This document shows positions 29,501 to 38,822 of a DNA stretch of 64,000 nucleotides, piece after piece. Source of the stretch: Trueperaceae bacterium (GTDB lineage: Bacteria; Deinococcota; Deinococci; Deinococcales; Trueperaceae); the NCBI GenBank assembly GCA_965215565.1, contig CBDCDZ010000004.1:2400001-2464000 (forward strand), written 5' to 3'. Below the pieces are notes generated by a model that was not told where the DNA came from, did no database searches, and saw only the letters and a list, made by a program, of their open reading frames with translations. Both the position numbers and the translations under genes were made by a program. Numbering within the stretch: position 1 is the stretch's first letter; every line of letters starts with the position of its first letter.

Positions 29501-30940
29501 GTGACGATGACGGTAAATGAACGTTACGAGCGCGTCAAAGAGACCCTAGAAACCCACGACCAAACGCACCTCTTGACCTTTTATGGCGAGTTGAATCAAG
29601 AGGAGCAGGCGTCGCTCTTGGCGCAGATCGAAGCGCACGACTGGGACGAAATCGCCGAGTTAACTCAGAGTCACGTCTTAAACGAGCCCGACGACGGCAT
29701 TCCCGACGTGGACGACATCGAGCCGCCCCCCTACTATCCTTTAGCGCCGAATGGCGAGCTAAAAAGCAAGTACGAAGAGGCGTATAAAAAGGGTGAAGAC
29801 CTCTTACGAGAGGGTAAAGTCGCGGCGTTTACCGTCGCAGGCGGACAGGGTACACGCCTCGGCTGGGACGGACCCAAAGGCACCTTTCCCGCGACACCCA
29901 TAAATGGCAAGCCGCTCTTTCAGGTGTTTGCAGAATACATTCAAAAGGTGCAAAAGGATTACGACACCACGGTGCCTTGGTACGTGATGACAAGCCCTAT
30001 CAACGACGAAGCGACTCGAAAGTTTTTTAGCGAGCACGACTTTTTCGGGCTGGATAAGGCGAACGTCACCTTTTTTTCGCAAGGGACGATGACGAGCATC
30101 GGGCGGGGCGGCAAGGTGCTCTTGGCGGAGAAGGGCAAGTTAGCGGAGAACCCCGACGGACACGGTGGCAGCCTTAAAGCGCTCTACAAGAGCGGCGCGG
30201 TGGAGGATATGGAGGGACGCGGCGTCACACAGATCAGCTACTTTCAGGTGGACAACCCGAACGTCAAATGCTTAGACCCGCTCTTTATCGGTCTCCACAC
30301 GCTAGACGGCGCGGGCATGTCCTCGAAGATGCTCGAGAAAGTCGGACCCAAGGAGAAAGTCGGTAACTTCGTACAGGTAGACGGGCGCATTCAGATTATC
30401 GAATACTCGGACATCCCTGACGAATTGGCTGAAGCTCGAGATGAGGACGGCTCGCTCCAATTCAACGCGGGCTCGATTGCCATTCACGTGATTTCGGTAG
30501 ATTTCGTGAAGCAACTCAATGAGGGCGAAGGGGGCTTCGCACTGCCCTTTCACCGAGCGAACAAGGCGGTGCCGCACCTCGATTTGGAGACGGGCGAGCG
30601 CGTCGAGCCTGATGAACCCAACGCGGTCAAGCTCGAAATGTTCGTCTTCGACGCGCTACCTCTTGCCGAGACGAGCATCATCCTAGAAACCGACCGCGTA
30701 GAGGAGTTCGCGCCCATCAAAAACGCCGAAGGCGACGACTCACCCCGTACGAGCCGCCAGTTGCAGAGCCAGCGGGCGGGGCGGTGGTTGCGTCAGCAGG
30801 GAGTTGAAATCCCGCTCAACGAAGAGGACGACGTGGACGCGACGATTGAACTGAGCCCCCTTACAGCAATTAGACCGAGTGACCTGGAGAACGCCGACTT
30901 ACCCCAAGAGGTTAAGCAGGGGGAAGAGGTAGCGCTGTAG
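29501..30940 (+). CDS. UDPGP type 1 family UDP-N-acetylhexosamine/UDP-sugar pyrophosphorylase
   Basis: AGGQGTRLG...PKG, PDGHGG, QVDNP, IEYSD, KLEMFVFD and EFAPIKNA; start 29501 or 29507. Confidence 0.9.
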   Translation: MTMTVNERYERVKETLETHDQTHLLTFYGELNQEEQASLLAQIEAHDWDEIAELTQSHVLNEPDDGIPDVDDIEPPPYYPLAPNGELKSKYEEAYKKGEDLLREGKVAAFTVAGGQGTRLGWDGPKGTFPATPINGKPLFQVFAEYIQKVQKDYDTTVPWYVMTSPINDEATRKFFSEHDFFGLDKANVTFFSQGTMTSIGRGGKVLLAEKGKLAENPDGHGGSLKALYKSGAVEDMEGRGVTQISYFQVDNPNVKCLDPLFIGLHTLDGAGMSSKMLEKVGPKEKVGNFVQVDGRIQIIEYSDIPDELAEARDEDGSLQFNAGSIAIHVISVDFVKQLNEGEGGFALPFHRANKAVPHLDLETGERVEPDEPNAVKLEMFVFDALPLAETSIILETDRVEEFAPIKNAEGDDSPRTSRQLQSQRAGRWLRQQGVEIPLNEEDDVDATIELSPLTAIRPSDLENADLPQEVKQGEEVAL

Positions 30941-30962
30941 GGCTCGAGACCCTTCAAAGCAC

Positions 30963-30999
30963 AAGAAGAGGTCGAGCCGGGCGGCTCGACCTCTTCTTT
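30963..30999. terminator. Bidirectional terminator
   Basis: aagaagaggtcgagcc-gggc-ggctcgacctcttctt. Confidence 0.8.
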
Positions 31000-31028
31000 G
31001 TTACATATTTTAGCTAAACTGCTGACGT

Positions 31029-31979
31029 CTACTCAATAACGGCAACGTTGAATTTGGCGGTTCTCGAGCGGGTGTGGTAACGCCCCTCCGTGTCCGCGTA
31101 CTGCTTGCCGTCAGTCAGTATCACCGAGACTGAAGCAATATCTACAAAGGTGGCCGTTCCAAAGAAGCTAAGCTCTTCCGACGACGCGGCTAAAGACAGC
31201 GTGTTCGCTCCACCATCCGTTGAGAGCGTCTCCCCTCCATTAAGCTGCTCCATAAGCTTGCCCGTCTCATAATCTCTGAAAAAATTTGAGGAGCCGATAT
31301 GGTCTCCTGCTTCGTCGTAAACCCGTAGCCAACCGTCGTAAACGGTCTCGTCCTCAACCGAGAAGTTCACCTCTAAAGTTGACGCTTGCGCGTCGAGCGT
31401 TGCGTTCGTGACAGTAGCTCGCTTTGGCAACGCGACATAGTTGCTCGGCGGATTCCCTGCGCCACTGTAGTCCTCTGTGTACGCGAACTCATAGCCCTCT
31501 GTTGTCCTTGACCCCGGCGCAGGTACGAAGAGCGTCTTTTTCGCCTTGTTGCCGTTTTTCAGGGTGACTTCGACGGTGTAGTTGCCGAGTTCGACAGATG
31601 CGCCGCTATCTAAACTTGTAGAGTACATATTGCCCATGGGGTACCAGTTCTCTTCGCTATCGTACCATTCCACGAACTCGCTAGCTTCGTCCGCCCAAGT
31701 TCGACCTGTCGGGCTAGTTATCCGAACGGACGCGAAGTCCGTAGCTTCTAAGCCTGTATCAGCAAAGTTGATCGAAGCCCACAAGAACGCGCTCACACCG
31801 TTGGCGTCTTGACTAGGATCGTCATTTTTGATAACCCAGCCTAGGTCTTCAATCTCCACCTGCTTCTGCAAAGCAGGCGTTTCTGGTGTTGTGTCGGGCG
31901 TAGTGTCCGCTGTGCCGCCACACGCCGCGAGCAACAGGGCGAGCGCAGTAATGAAAATGAGTTTTGTACGAATGACCAT
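31029..31979 (-). CDS. Hypothetical lipoprotein
   Basis: Lipobox LLAAC-GG; beta-rich acidic mature region; SD ggagg before ATG 31979. Confidence 0.75.
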   Translation of the reverse strand: MVIRTKLIFITALALLLAACGGTADTTPDTTPETPALQKQVEIEDLGWVIKNDDPSQDANGVSAFLWASINFADTGLEATDFASVRITSPTGRTWADEASEFVEWYDSEENWYPMGNMYSTSLDSGASVELGNYTVEVTLKNGNKAKKTLFVPAPGSRTTEGYEFAYTEDYSGAGNPPSNYVALPKRATVTNATLDAQASTLEVNFSVEDETVYDGWLRVYDEAGDHIGSSNFFRDYETGKLMEQLNGGETLSTDGGANTLSLAASSEELSFFGTATFVDIASVSVILTDGKQYADTEGRYHTRSRTAKFNVAVIE

Positions 31980-32157
31980 AGATGAACTACCCTCCAAAAG
32001 TATTTTCATCAGCGTACGTGAGCCGCGCTTGGCTCAGCCGTACAAAATCTTGCAGCCTATGGGATAGGAGAGGGAATGAGGCATTTGTCACAGGTTTGTT
32101 ACCTGGCAGCGCCCTATCTCTCACCTAAAAGGTCTATCTTGTTTGCAGGAGGACACC

Positions 32158-32784
32158 ATGAAATTAGGCATCATCGGCGCGGGCAACATCGGCGCAACCT
32201 TGGCGGGGCTTTTTGCGAAGGCGGGTCACGAGGTAGCGCTAAGTAACTCTCGAGGTCCCGAAACCCTACAAGATTTAGTCTCAGACCTGAATAAAAACGC
32301 CAAAGGTGAGGTGCAAGCGGTGACGGCTGAGGACGCGGCGGCGTTCGGCGACATCGTCATCGAAGCGATTCCTTTTGGGCACTACGAAGACTTACCGAAA
32401 GACGAACTCGCAAGCAAAACCCTCATCAGCGCCTCGAACTACTATCCAAGGCGCGACGGCGAGATGGATTTTGGCGGGCATACCCAAACCGGGCTCGTCG
32501 CGGCGTATTTATCCGATACAACTGTGGTTAAGGCGTTTAACACCATCTACTGGGAGCATCTGCGCGACCAGGGCGACACCTCTAAACCTACGAACGAACG
32601 GCGCGTCATCTTTTTAGCAGGGGACAACGAGGCGGCAAAGCGAGAGGTTGCCAACCTCACCGAAGAAATAGGTTTCGGTCCATTTGATACGGGCGCGTTG
32701 AGTGGGAGCGGCGTGCAAGAACCGGGCGCAGATATTTACAATAACGATATGACGGTGGCGGAGGCGAGGGAGAGGCTCGAGTAG
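32158..32784 (+). CDS. NADPH-dependent F420 reductase-like oxidoreductase
   Basis: IGAGNIG, SNSRGPETL, SNYYPRRDG and VVKAFNTI. Confidence 0.88.
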   Translation: MKLGIIGAGNIGATLAGLFAKAGHEVALSNSRGPETLQDLVSDLNKNAKGEVQAVTAEDAAAFGDIVIEAIPFGHYEDLPKDELASKTLISASNYYPRRDGEMDFGGHTQTGLVAAYLSDTTVVKAFNTIYWEHLRDQGDTSKPTNERRVIFLAGDNEAAKREVANLTEEIGFGPFDTGALSGSGVQEPGADIYNNDMTVAEARERLE

Positions 32785-32880
32785 AACCTGAGAGATTGGC
32801 AGTGACGCTATCTGGAATGACGTTGATGTCAAAGCAAGGGGTTGAAACCCCTTGTTCATCCCCTGTTCAGTATGCAGAGG

Positions 32881-33022
32881 TAGCAGGGAGCACATGGCAG
32901 CGTTCGACTTAGAGCCACTACCCTGAGAGGCCACGCCACGTAGAGGTCTACGTAGCTACGCCACGTAAGCGTGCTTGCAGACGCGCAGCGTGTCTTTAGA
33001 AAATGCTTGAAGTAATCTGCTA
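32881..33022 (-). repeat. TAGCAG...CTGCTA-bounded element (variant)
   Basis: Bounded by tagcag and ctgcta; its end (reverse complement tagcagattacttc) resembles the end of copy H (tagcaggttatttc). Confidence 0.4.
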
Positions 33023-33042
33023 TCATTCCGCAACGAATTTGA

Positions 33043-33153
33043 CAGCAGTTCCACTTATCGTTGCTACACTTCTCCGCAGATATCATCCCCGAAAGTGCGT
33101 GCTAGACAACGTTCTTTTGAGTGAGAGTGTAGCTGACCAGATAATACCTGCTA
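33043..33153 (-). repeat. TAGCAG-family MITE-like repeat, copy G
   Basis: Reverse complement TAGCAGGTATTATCTGGTCA...AGCACGCACTTTC...GATGATATCTGCG...GGAACTGCTG. Confidence 0.78.
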
Positions 33154-33175
33154 TAACAGCGTAGGAGGACAAAAG

Positions 33176-34840
33176 GTGGCGAGCAAACCCGTCATATTGA
33201 CCGTAGACGATGATCCCCAGGTACTAGGCGCGGTGGCCAGGGACCTGCGCCGCCGCTACAGCGACGACTACCGCGTCGTGCGCTCCGATTCGGGACAGGG
33301 CGCATTAGACGCCGTGCAGGAGTTCAAAACGCGCGGCACGCCCGTCGCGTTACTTTTGGCGGACCAGCGAATGCCGCAGATGGACGGCGTCGCTTTCCTA
33401 AGCGAAGCGATGAAGCTTTTCCCCGACGCCAAACGCGCCCTTCTGACCGCCTACGCTGACACCGACGCGGCGATTAACGCCATCAACCAGAGCAAGATTC
33501 ACCACTACCTCCTAAAACCGTGGGACCCGCCCGAGGAGAAGCTCTACCCGGTCTTAGACGACCTTTTAAGCGACTGGCAGGCGGGTTACCGTCCGCCCTT
33601 TACGGGCATCCGCATCGTGGGTGACAGGTGGTCGCCCGACGGACACACGCTCCGCGACTTCTTGGCGCGTAATCAGGTGCCGTACCGTTGGTTAGACGTC
33701 GAGACGGACGACGAGGCGAAGACGCTCGTCGAAGGCGAGCACATCGAACCAGAAAGACTCCCGCTCGTCATCTTCGAGGACGGAGAACGCTTAGAGAAGC
33801 CAACGCCCTTAGAACTCGCCCGCAAAGCCGGACTCAACACCGAAGCGGCGAATGAGTTCTACGACCTCATCATCGTGGGCGCGGGACCGGCAGGCTTGGC
33901 GTCGGGCGTGTACGGCGCATCCGAAGGGCTCAAAGTCGCTGTTTTGGACAGCGAAGCGCCGGGGGGTCAAGCGGGCACCTCGAGCCGCATCGAGAACTAT
34001 CTGGGCTTTCCCGTCGGGCTCTCAGGTAGCGACTTGGCGCGGCGCGGGGTGGCGCAAGCGCGCAAGTTTGGCGCGGAATTCATCACGCCGCAGCAGGTGG
34101 TCGAAGTCGGGCTGAAAGATAACTACAAGCTCGTTAAGCTAGACAGCGGAGCAGAGATTACCGCGCACGCGCTCGTTGTGGCGACGGGCGTGCAGTACCG
34201 CAAGCTGGACGCGCCCGGCATGGACGCGCTCACGGGCGCGGGCGTCTACTACGGTTCCTCGATTGCCGAAGCGGTCGCTTGTGAAGGTGAAGACGTCTAC
34301 ATTGTTGGCGCAGGCAACTCGGCGGGGCAAGCGGCGCTCTACTTGGCGGGCTTCGCGCGGAGTGTGACGCTCTTGGTGCGCGGGGGCGACTTGGAATCCA
34401 AAATGTCGAACTACCTCGTCACGCGCATCTACGACGCGGAGACGATTCACGTGTCGCTCAACACCGAAGTCGAGGCGGTACACGGTAGCTCGAGGCTAGA
34501 AGCGATCACGGTAAACTGCAACGGCAATAAGGTCAAGAAACCGACCTCCGCTCTATTCATCTTCATCGGCGCGTCACCCTCGACGGAGTGGCTGGGCGAC
34601 AAGGTCAAGCGCGACGCGAAAGGCTTCGTCTACACCGGACCCGACGTGATGGAAGAGGGCAAGCCGCCCGCAGATTGGCTCTTGGAGCGCGACCCCTTCC
34701 TCTTAGAGACGAACGTGCCGGGCATCTTCGCCTCGGGCGACGTGCGGCACGGCTCGGTCAAGCGCGTGGCGTCGGCGGTGGGGGAAGGCTCGATTGCAGT
34801 GCAGTTCATTCACCAATATTTGGCGGACGTGGGCGCATGA
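33176..34840 (+). CDS. Receiver domain fused to a thioredoxin-reductase-like FAD oxidoreductase
   Basis: REC (VDDD, ADQRMP, KPW); GAGPAG, IENYLGFP, GAGNSAG and GDVR. Confidence 0.92.
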   Translation: MASKPVILTVDDDPQVLGAVARDLRRRYSDDYRVVRSDSGQGALDAVQEFKTRGTPVALLLADQRMPQMDGVAFLSEAMKLFPDAKRALLTAYADTDAAINAINQSKIHHYLLKPWDPPEEKLYPVLDDLLSDWQAGYRPPFTGIRIVGDRWSPDGHTLRDFLARNQVPYRWLDVETDDEAKTLVEGEHIEPERLPLVIFEDGERLEKPTPLELARKAGLNTEAANEFYDLIIVGAGPAGLASGVYGASEGLKVAVLDSEAPGGQAGTSSRIENYLGFPVGLSGSDLARRGVAQARKFGAEFITPQQVVEVGLKDNYKLVKLDSGAEITAHALVVATGVQYRKLDAPGMDALTGAGVYYGSSIAEAVACEGEDVYIVGAGNSAGQAALYLAGFARSVTLLVRGGDLESKMSNYLVTRIYDAETIHVSLNTEVEAVHGSSRLEAITVNCNGNKVKKPTSALFIFIGASPSTEWLGDKVKRDAKGFVYTGPDVMEEGKPPADWLLERDPFLLETNVPGIFASGDVRHGSVKRVASAVGEGSIAVQFIHQYLADVGA

Positions 34841-36231
34841 TGGACGTTAAAGCTTTAGAGGTCATTGCGGACTTTCAGGACGTGCCGTATGGGGAACTCG
34901 AGTGGCTCGCTTCAAATTCAGGAGTGCGTCATTTAGATGTAGGCGAACGCTTCTACACCCAGGGCGACCCGGCAGACGCTTTGCACCTCATCCTCTCGGG
35001 CAGCCTTCAACTTGTGCGGCGCGAGGCGGGACAAGAGGTCAACTCGTTCCTGGCGGAGCCCGGCGAAATCAGTGGCGTTTTGCCCTTTTCACGCATGAAG
35101 AACTACGGCGCGTCGGCGGTGGCGCTGCGCGAAACCGAGGTGGCAGAACTCAAGGCGAAACACTTCCCCGAGTTGCATAAGTGCGCCCCCGTCCTCTTAG
35201 AGACGCTCGTTCACGAGATGCTCGACCGCACCCAGGAGTACACCCGCGTCGGGGCGCAGCGCGAGAAGCTCATATCTTTGGGCACGATGTCGGCGGGGCT
35301 GGCGCACGAACTCAACAACCCCGCCTCGGCCGCCAAACGCGCCGCGCAGAATCTGCGCGAGACGCTGCAAGCCTTCGACGAGCACTCCTCGCAGATGCTG
35401 AGCCCAGTCATCTTTCAGAACTACGAGGGCGGCGACCCCTTCGCGCCGCTCTACGACGAGATGACCTTGGACGGCGACACGCTGAGCGCTTTGGAACGGA
35501 GCGACTTGGAAGATGAACTAGGCGACTGGTTGGACGAGCAGGGTGTCGAGCATCCTTGGGAGGTCGCGGCGACGCTCGTGACGGGCGGGCTCTCCAAAGA
35601 ACCAATGGTGGCGGTGGCAAACGCCCTAAAACCCGAACAGGTGCAAAACTTCCTCGAGTGGGCTCCCAAAGGCGTCGAGATGCGCCTCTTAGCGCAAGAA
35701 CTCATCGAGAGCACCGCGCGCATCTCTGACTTAGTCGGCGCGATGAAAGCGTATACGTACATGGACCAGGGGCTGGAAAAGCAAGAGGTGGACCTCAAAG
35801 AGGGCATCGTCAACACGCTCATCATCTTGAAGCACAAACTCAAAAAGAAGGACGTCACCGTCGAGAAACATTTCGCCGATCTGCCTAAAGTTCCCGCCTA
35901 CGGCAGCGAACTCAATCAGGTCTGGACGAACCTCTTGTCCAACGCCATCGACGCGGTGGATGAGGGCGGCACCATCCAGATTCAGACCACGCTTGATGCC
36001 TCCGCCGAGGTCGCCTGCGTAGACATTATCGACGACGGAAGCGGCGTACCCAAAGAGATTCAAGGACGCATCTTCGAGCCGTTTTTTACTACCAAAGGTG
36101 TCGGTGAGGGGACGGGGATGGGTTTGGATATCGCGAATAGAATCGTACGGCAGCGGCACCGGGGGACGTTGCAGTTGGAGTCGCGCCCTGGACGCACGAG
36201 GTCTCGGGTGCGGTTGCCGCTTGACGCATAA
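34837..36231 (+). CDS. cNMP-binding-domain sensor histidine kinase
   Basis: N-terminal cNMP-like fold; H-box LAHELNNP, N-box NLLSNA, DDGSG, FFTTK and GTGMGL; ATGA overlap with the upstream gene. Confidence 0.92.
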   Translation: MMDVKALEVIADFQDVPYGELEWLASNSGVRHLDVGERFYTQGDPADALHLILSGSLQLVRREAGQEVNSFLAEPGEISGVLPFSRMKNYGASAVALRETEVAELKAKHFPELHKCAPVLLETLVHEMLDRTQEYTRVGAQREKLISLGTMSAGLAHELNNPASAAKRAAQNLRETLQAFDEHSSQMLSPVIFQNYEGGDPFAPLYDEMTLDGDTLSALERSDLEDELGDWLDEQGVEHPWEVAATLVTGGLSKEPMVAVANALKPEQVQNFLEWAPKGVEMRLLAQELIESTARISDLVGAMKAYTYMDQGLEKQEVDLKEGIVNTLIILKHKLKKKDVTVEKHFADLPKVPAYGSELNQVWTNLLSNAIDAVDEGGTIQIQTTLDASAEVACVDIIDDGSGVPKEIQGRIFEPFFTTKGVGEGTGMGLDIANRIVRQRHRGTLQLESRPGRTRSRVRLPLDA

Positions 36232-36366
36232 TCAAAAAGGTTGATAAAGGCTGATGGGAAGTACCTGCGAAAAGTAGCCGAAGTCTTTGTCCGTAGTCAG
36301 AATGTCGCAGCCATAACTTACCGCCGCCGCGCAGATAAGAAAGTCCGTGTCAACAATGACCCTCAT
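36232..36366 (-). pseudogene. Internally deleted VapC/PIN toxin remnant (44 aa)
   Basis: MRVIVDT-DFLICAAAVSYGCDILTTDKDFGYFSQVLPISLYQPF*; ATGA overlap with the vapB stop. Confidence 0.75.
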
Positions 36367-36563
36367 TCCCGCTTGCGTTGCGCCTTGTAGTCGTAGTCCT
36401 CTTCATAGTCAATCGTTCCAAAGAGGTCTAGGACTTGAAGCTGCTTGCGCCGCATGACGTATTCTTGCAACGCTTCTTCGACGGCGGCGCGTTTGGTACG
36501 GTGTCCGCCTAGCTCGAGGGCCTCTTGCATGAGACGCTCGTCAATTTGCAGGTTCGTTGTCAT
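36363..36563 (-). CDS. VapB-family antitoxin
   Basis: MTTNLQIDERLMQEAL...TKRAAVEEALQEY...DYDYK. Confidence 0.88.
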   Translation of the reverse strand: MTTNLQIDERLMQEALELGGHRTKRAAVEEALQEYVMRRKQLQVLDLFGTIDYEEDYDYKAQRKRE

Positions 36564-36626
36564 GTACATAGCCTTGCATAACGGTTTGCACAATTCAAGC
36601 CAAGTGTGTGCGTTACTTGGGAAGAT

Positions 36627-37112
36627 TCAGGAGGTTGGTTCAACGATGACGTAGTCTAGCTCGAGCGCAGCCTCCGCGAACATGTCTTTTAACGTTTCGC
36701 TCAAATCTTTCCGGCTGAAGAGGGAGAGCGTCACAGAATCGTGATATGGGAGCGGTCCGCCGATGAGCGAATAGAGTTCCGTCTCTATGTGCAAAATGAC
36801 CTCTTCGCCCTGCTCGAGCCTGAACCTCGCTGGAAAATCGGCGTCCTTCTGCTGCGCTTCTTCGGATGAAAGAGGTCGCCAGGGTTTTTCGGAACACTTC
36901 ACGTCTCGTGACCATGTAAAGATAAACCCTATCTCTCGGCGTTCCCAATGCTCCTCGACGATGTTAGGTGCGCCCAGCGTAGACGCGACTTTGGGAAAGG
37001 CTCGAGCACACAAGTCCCAAGGATCAACCTGACCACCGTCTTCCTCCAACCAGGTGAGCACGGCGAAACGGTAGGGATATCCCGGAGGAGGGGTCGGGCT
37101 GTAAGCGTCCAT
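36627..37112 (-). CDS. Hypothetical protein
   Basis: Open frame with SD gaagggg before ATG 37112; C-terminal GGPLPYHDSVTLSLF. Confidence 0.6.
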   Translation of the reverse strand: MDAYSPTPPPGYPYRFAVLTWLEEDGGQVDPWDLCARAFPKVASTLGAPNIVEEHWERREIGFIFTWSRDVKCSEKPWRPLSSEEAQQKDADFPARFRLEQGEEVILHIETELYSLIGGPLPYHDSVTLSLFSRKDLSETLKDMFAEAALELDYVIVEPTS

Positions 37113-37221
37113 CCCCTTCAAAAAAGCGACGCACCCCGTGACCATCAGTTTACCCGCCAGCAACATCCGCGCTCAGGTGTGGCGTCTTTTTGGATTCGGC
37201 TGCAACCTTTCTTTACCGCGC

Positions 37222-37473
37222 TCATCGTCTGCGTCCGCGCACGACGTAGTAAAGCCCGTTGGCGAGGAGCCAGAGCGCCCCCGCTGCGGTGATGAGTAGC
37301 CCGATATTTACTATTCTCGAGGCGATAGTGAGTTGAGCGTTGTACTCAGCCTGCACCGCGGGCGTCGGGTCTTGATAGGGAACGCTCACGAACATAGCGA
37401 AGTATAGAAGGGCAGCGAAGAGCGTGATGAAGCCCAACACTAAAGGCGCAGTTGCTAGGAGCCATTTTTTCAC
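37222..37473 (-). CDS. Small two-TM hypothetical protein
   Basis: Two hydrophobic segments flanking VPYQDPT. Confidence 0.6.
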   Translation of the reverse strand: MKKWLLATAPLVLGFITLFAALLYFAMFVSVPYQDPTPAVQAEYNAQLTIASRIVNIGLLITAAGALWLLANGLYYVVRGRRR

Positions 37474-37526
37474 GGAATACTCACCAATTTATCTGCATGA
37501 GATAGACAGACGCTTCGCGGTTTATA

Positions 37527-38009
37527 TCATGAGGCACTGTCAGCCTTAAACTTATCCTTGAATCGCCCAAGTTTACGGTCCCACATCAACTCATTAGACA
37601 ATGGCCCAGTTACAACTCGCGTACAACTTTTTGATCTAGCAGATGAAACTAATTCTGGTCCAGATTCCATTGGCTTGTACTCTGGCTGCGTTAGCCAAGA
37701 GATAGTTTCTATCCCTGTTTCAGGATCAGTAGTGGTTGTTAGGTCACTCACTTGTTCTGCAAATAGAAAAGGATTATGTCCACAACGAATACGGTTGTTG
37801 AAATCTATTTTAGCCCGGTACGGTACATTGTTCCGATTTTTAGCATATGCTGCTAATTCTTCAATGTTTGCTCTACTCTGAGCGTATAAAAATTCGACTA
37901 TTTCAGCAACATATTGAGGTGATTTACGTACGCTTAGTATTCCAGCAATTCTGTCAGCAACCGCTGCCGCGTCTCCCGTCCAATCCCACGTAATCAACCA
38001 AGCTTTCAT
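37527..38009 (-). CDS. Hypothetical protein, AT-rich (likely acquired)
   Basis: 160-aa ORF with SD-like gaaggga; composition visibly more AT-rich than the flanks. Confidence 0.65.
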   Translation of the reverse strand: MKAWLITWDWTGDAAAVADRIAGILSVRKSPQYVAEIVEFLYAQSRANIEELAAYAKNRNNVPYRAKIDFNNRIRCGHNPFLFAEQVSDLTTTTDPETGIETISWLTQPEYKPMESGPELVSSARSKSCTRVVTGPLSNELMWDRKLGRFKDKFKADSAS

Positions 38010-38057
38010 GATCTATCCCTTCGACTCATCATAGTAATAGTAAAAGCCTACTTCAAG

Positions 38058-38822
38058 CTAAAAAAGCGGACTACTCGAGGCCACCTCCTCCGCCGCCTCC
38101 ACCTTATCGAGCCGAAAGGTCAAGACCTTCTGGCGCAGATGGCAAAAGCCCCTGATATACGCGCCGTCAAACTTATTCACGTCTACCAGACGCTCCTTGC
38201 CGCCGTAGACCATGCGCACGCTGCTGCGGTTCAGCGCGGCGTGCTTGAACACGGCTCCAAAGGGGCTCTCTGCGAAGCTCATGGGGACGGGGGCGCGGCG
38301 CGGACCTTTTTGGTAGAGGAGTTGCCCGTTCGCTTTGGCGTATTCGTAGAGGTCGCGGGTGAGTTTGACGTCCTCCAAGCAGTAGCGCTCGAGCCGCGCC
38401 CAGTCGCCGTCGCGGTAATACTCTAAAGCGTCTAAGCCGGAGCCGAGTTTGCCCGAACCTAGCGTCGCTTGCGCCAGAGAATCTAAAGAGATGCGGCGTC
38501 CCAGCGCCTTTTGCGCCTCCACCATGAGGTCTAAGGTCGGCAGGTCGTAGACCCAGTCGCCTAGCTCGGACGCGAGCACGGGCCAGTCGAAGCCGATGAG
38601 GTTGAAGCCGACGATCTGCTCCGCCTCTCTAAGCACCTCTTCCAGTTCTCCAAAGCGGTCTTCGCGGTAGGCGGCGAAGCGGTCGCCTTCGTAGAAGTAG
38701 ACGCCGACGACGCTCACGCCGAGCTTCGCTTTGTTGTGCGCGCCGCCCACCTCGTCGAAGGAGCGTTTCGTTTCCAAGTCCAAGACGAGTCGTTTCACCG
38801 GGTCATTCACTGGGTGACTCAC
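38058..38822 (-). CDS. YprB/RNase_H_2-type 3'-5' exonuclease with C-terminal WYL-like domain
   Basis: VLDLET, VGFNLIGFD and YCLEDV; C-terminal GFCHLRQKVLTFRLDKV; GTGA overlap with the upstream IMPase. Confidence 0.8.
   Translation of the reverse strand: MSHPVNDPVKRLVLDLETKRSFDEVGGAHNKAKLGVSVVGVYFYEGDRFAAYREDRFGELEEVLREAEQIVGFNLIGFDWPVLASELGDWVYDLPTLDLMVEAQKALGRRISLDSLAQATLGSGKLGSGLDALEYYRDGDWARLERYCLEDVKLTRDLYEYAKANGQLLYQKGPRRAPVPMSFAESPFGAVFKHAALNRSSVRMVYGGKERLVDVNKFDGAYIRGFCHLRQKVLTFRLDKVEAAEEVASSSPLF

Noticed and set aside
34588..34836. ORF-track N-terminal extensions (kinase 34588, exonuclease 39026, GT4 51022, arsR 10945)
   Set aside because: Most overlap the upstream gene, and better starts exist with ATGA/GTGA coupling or operator context.
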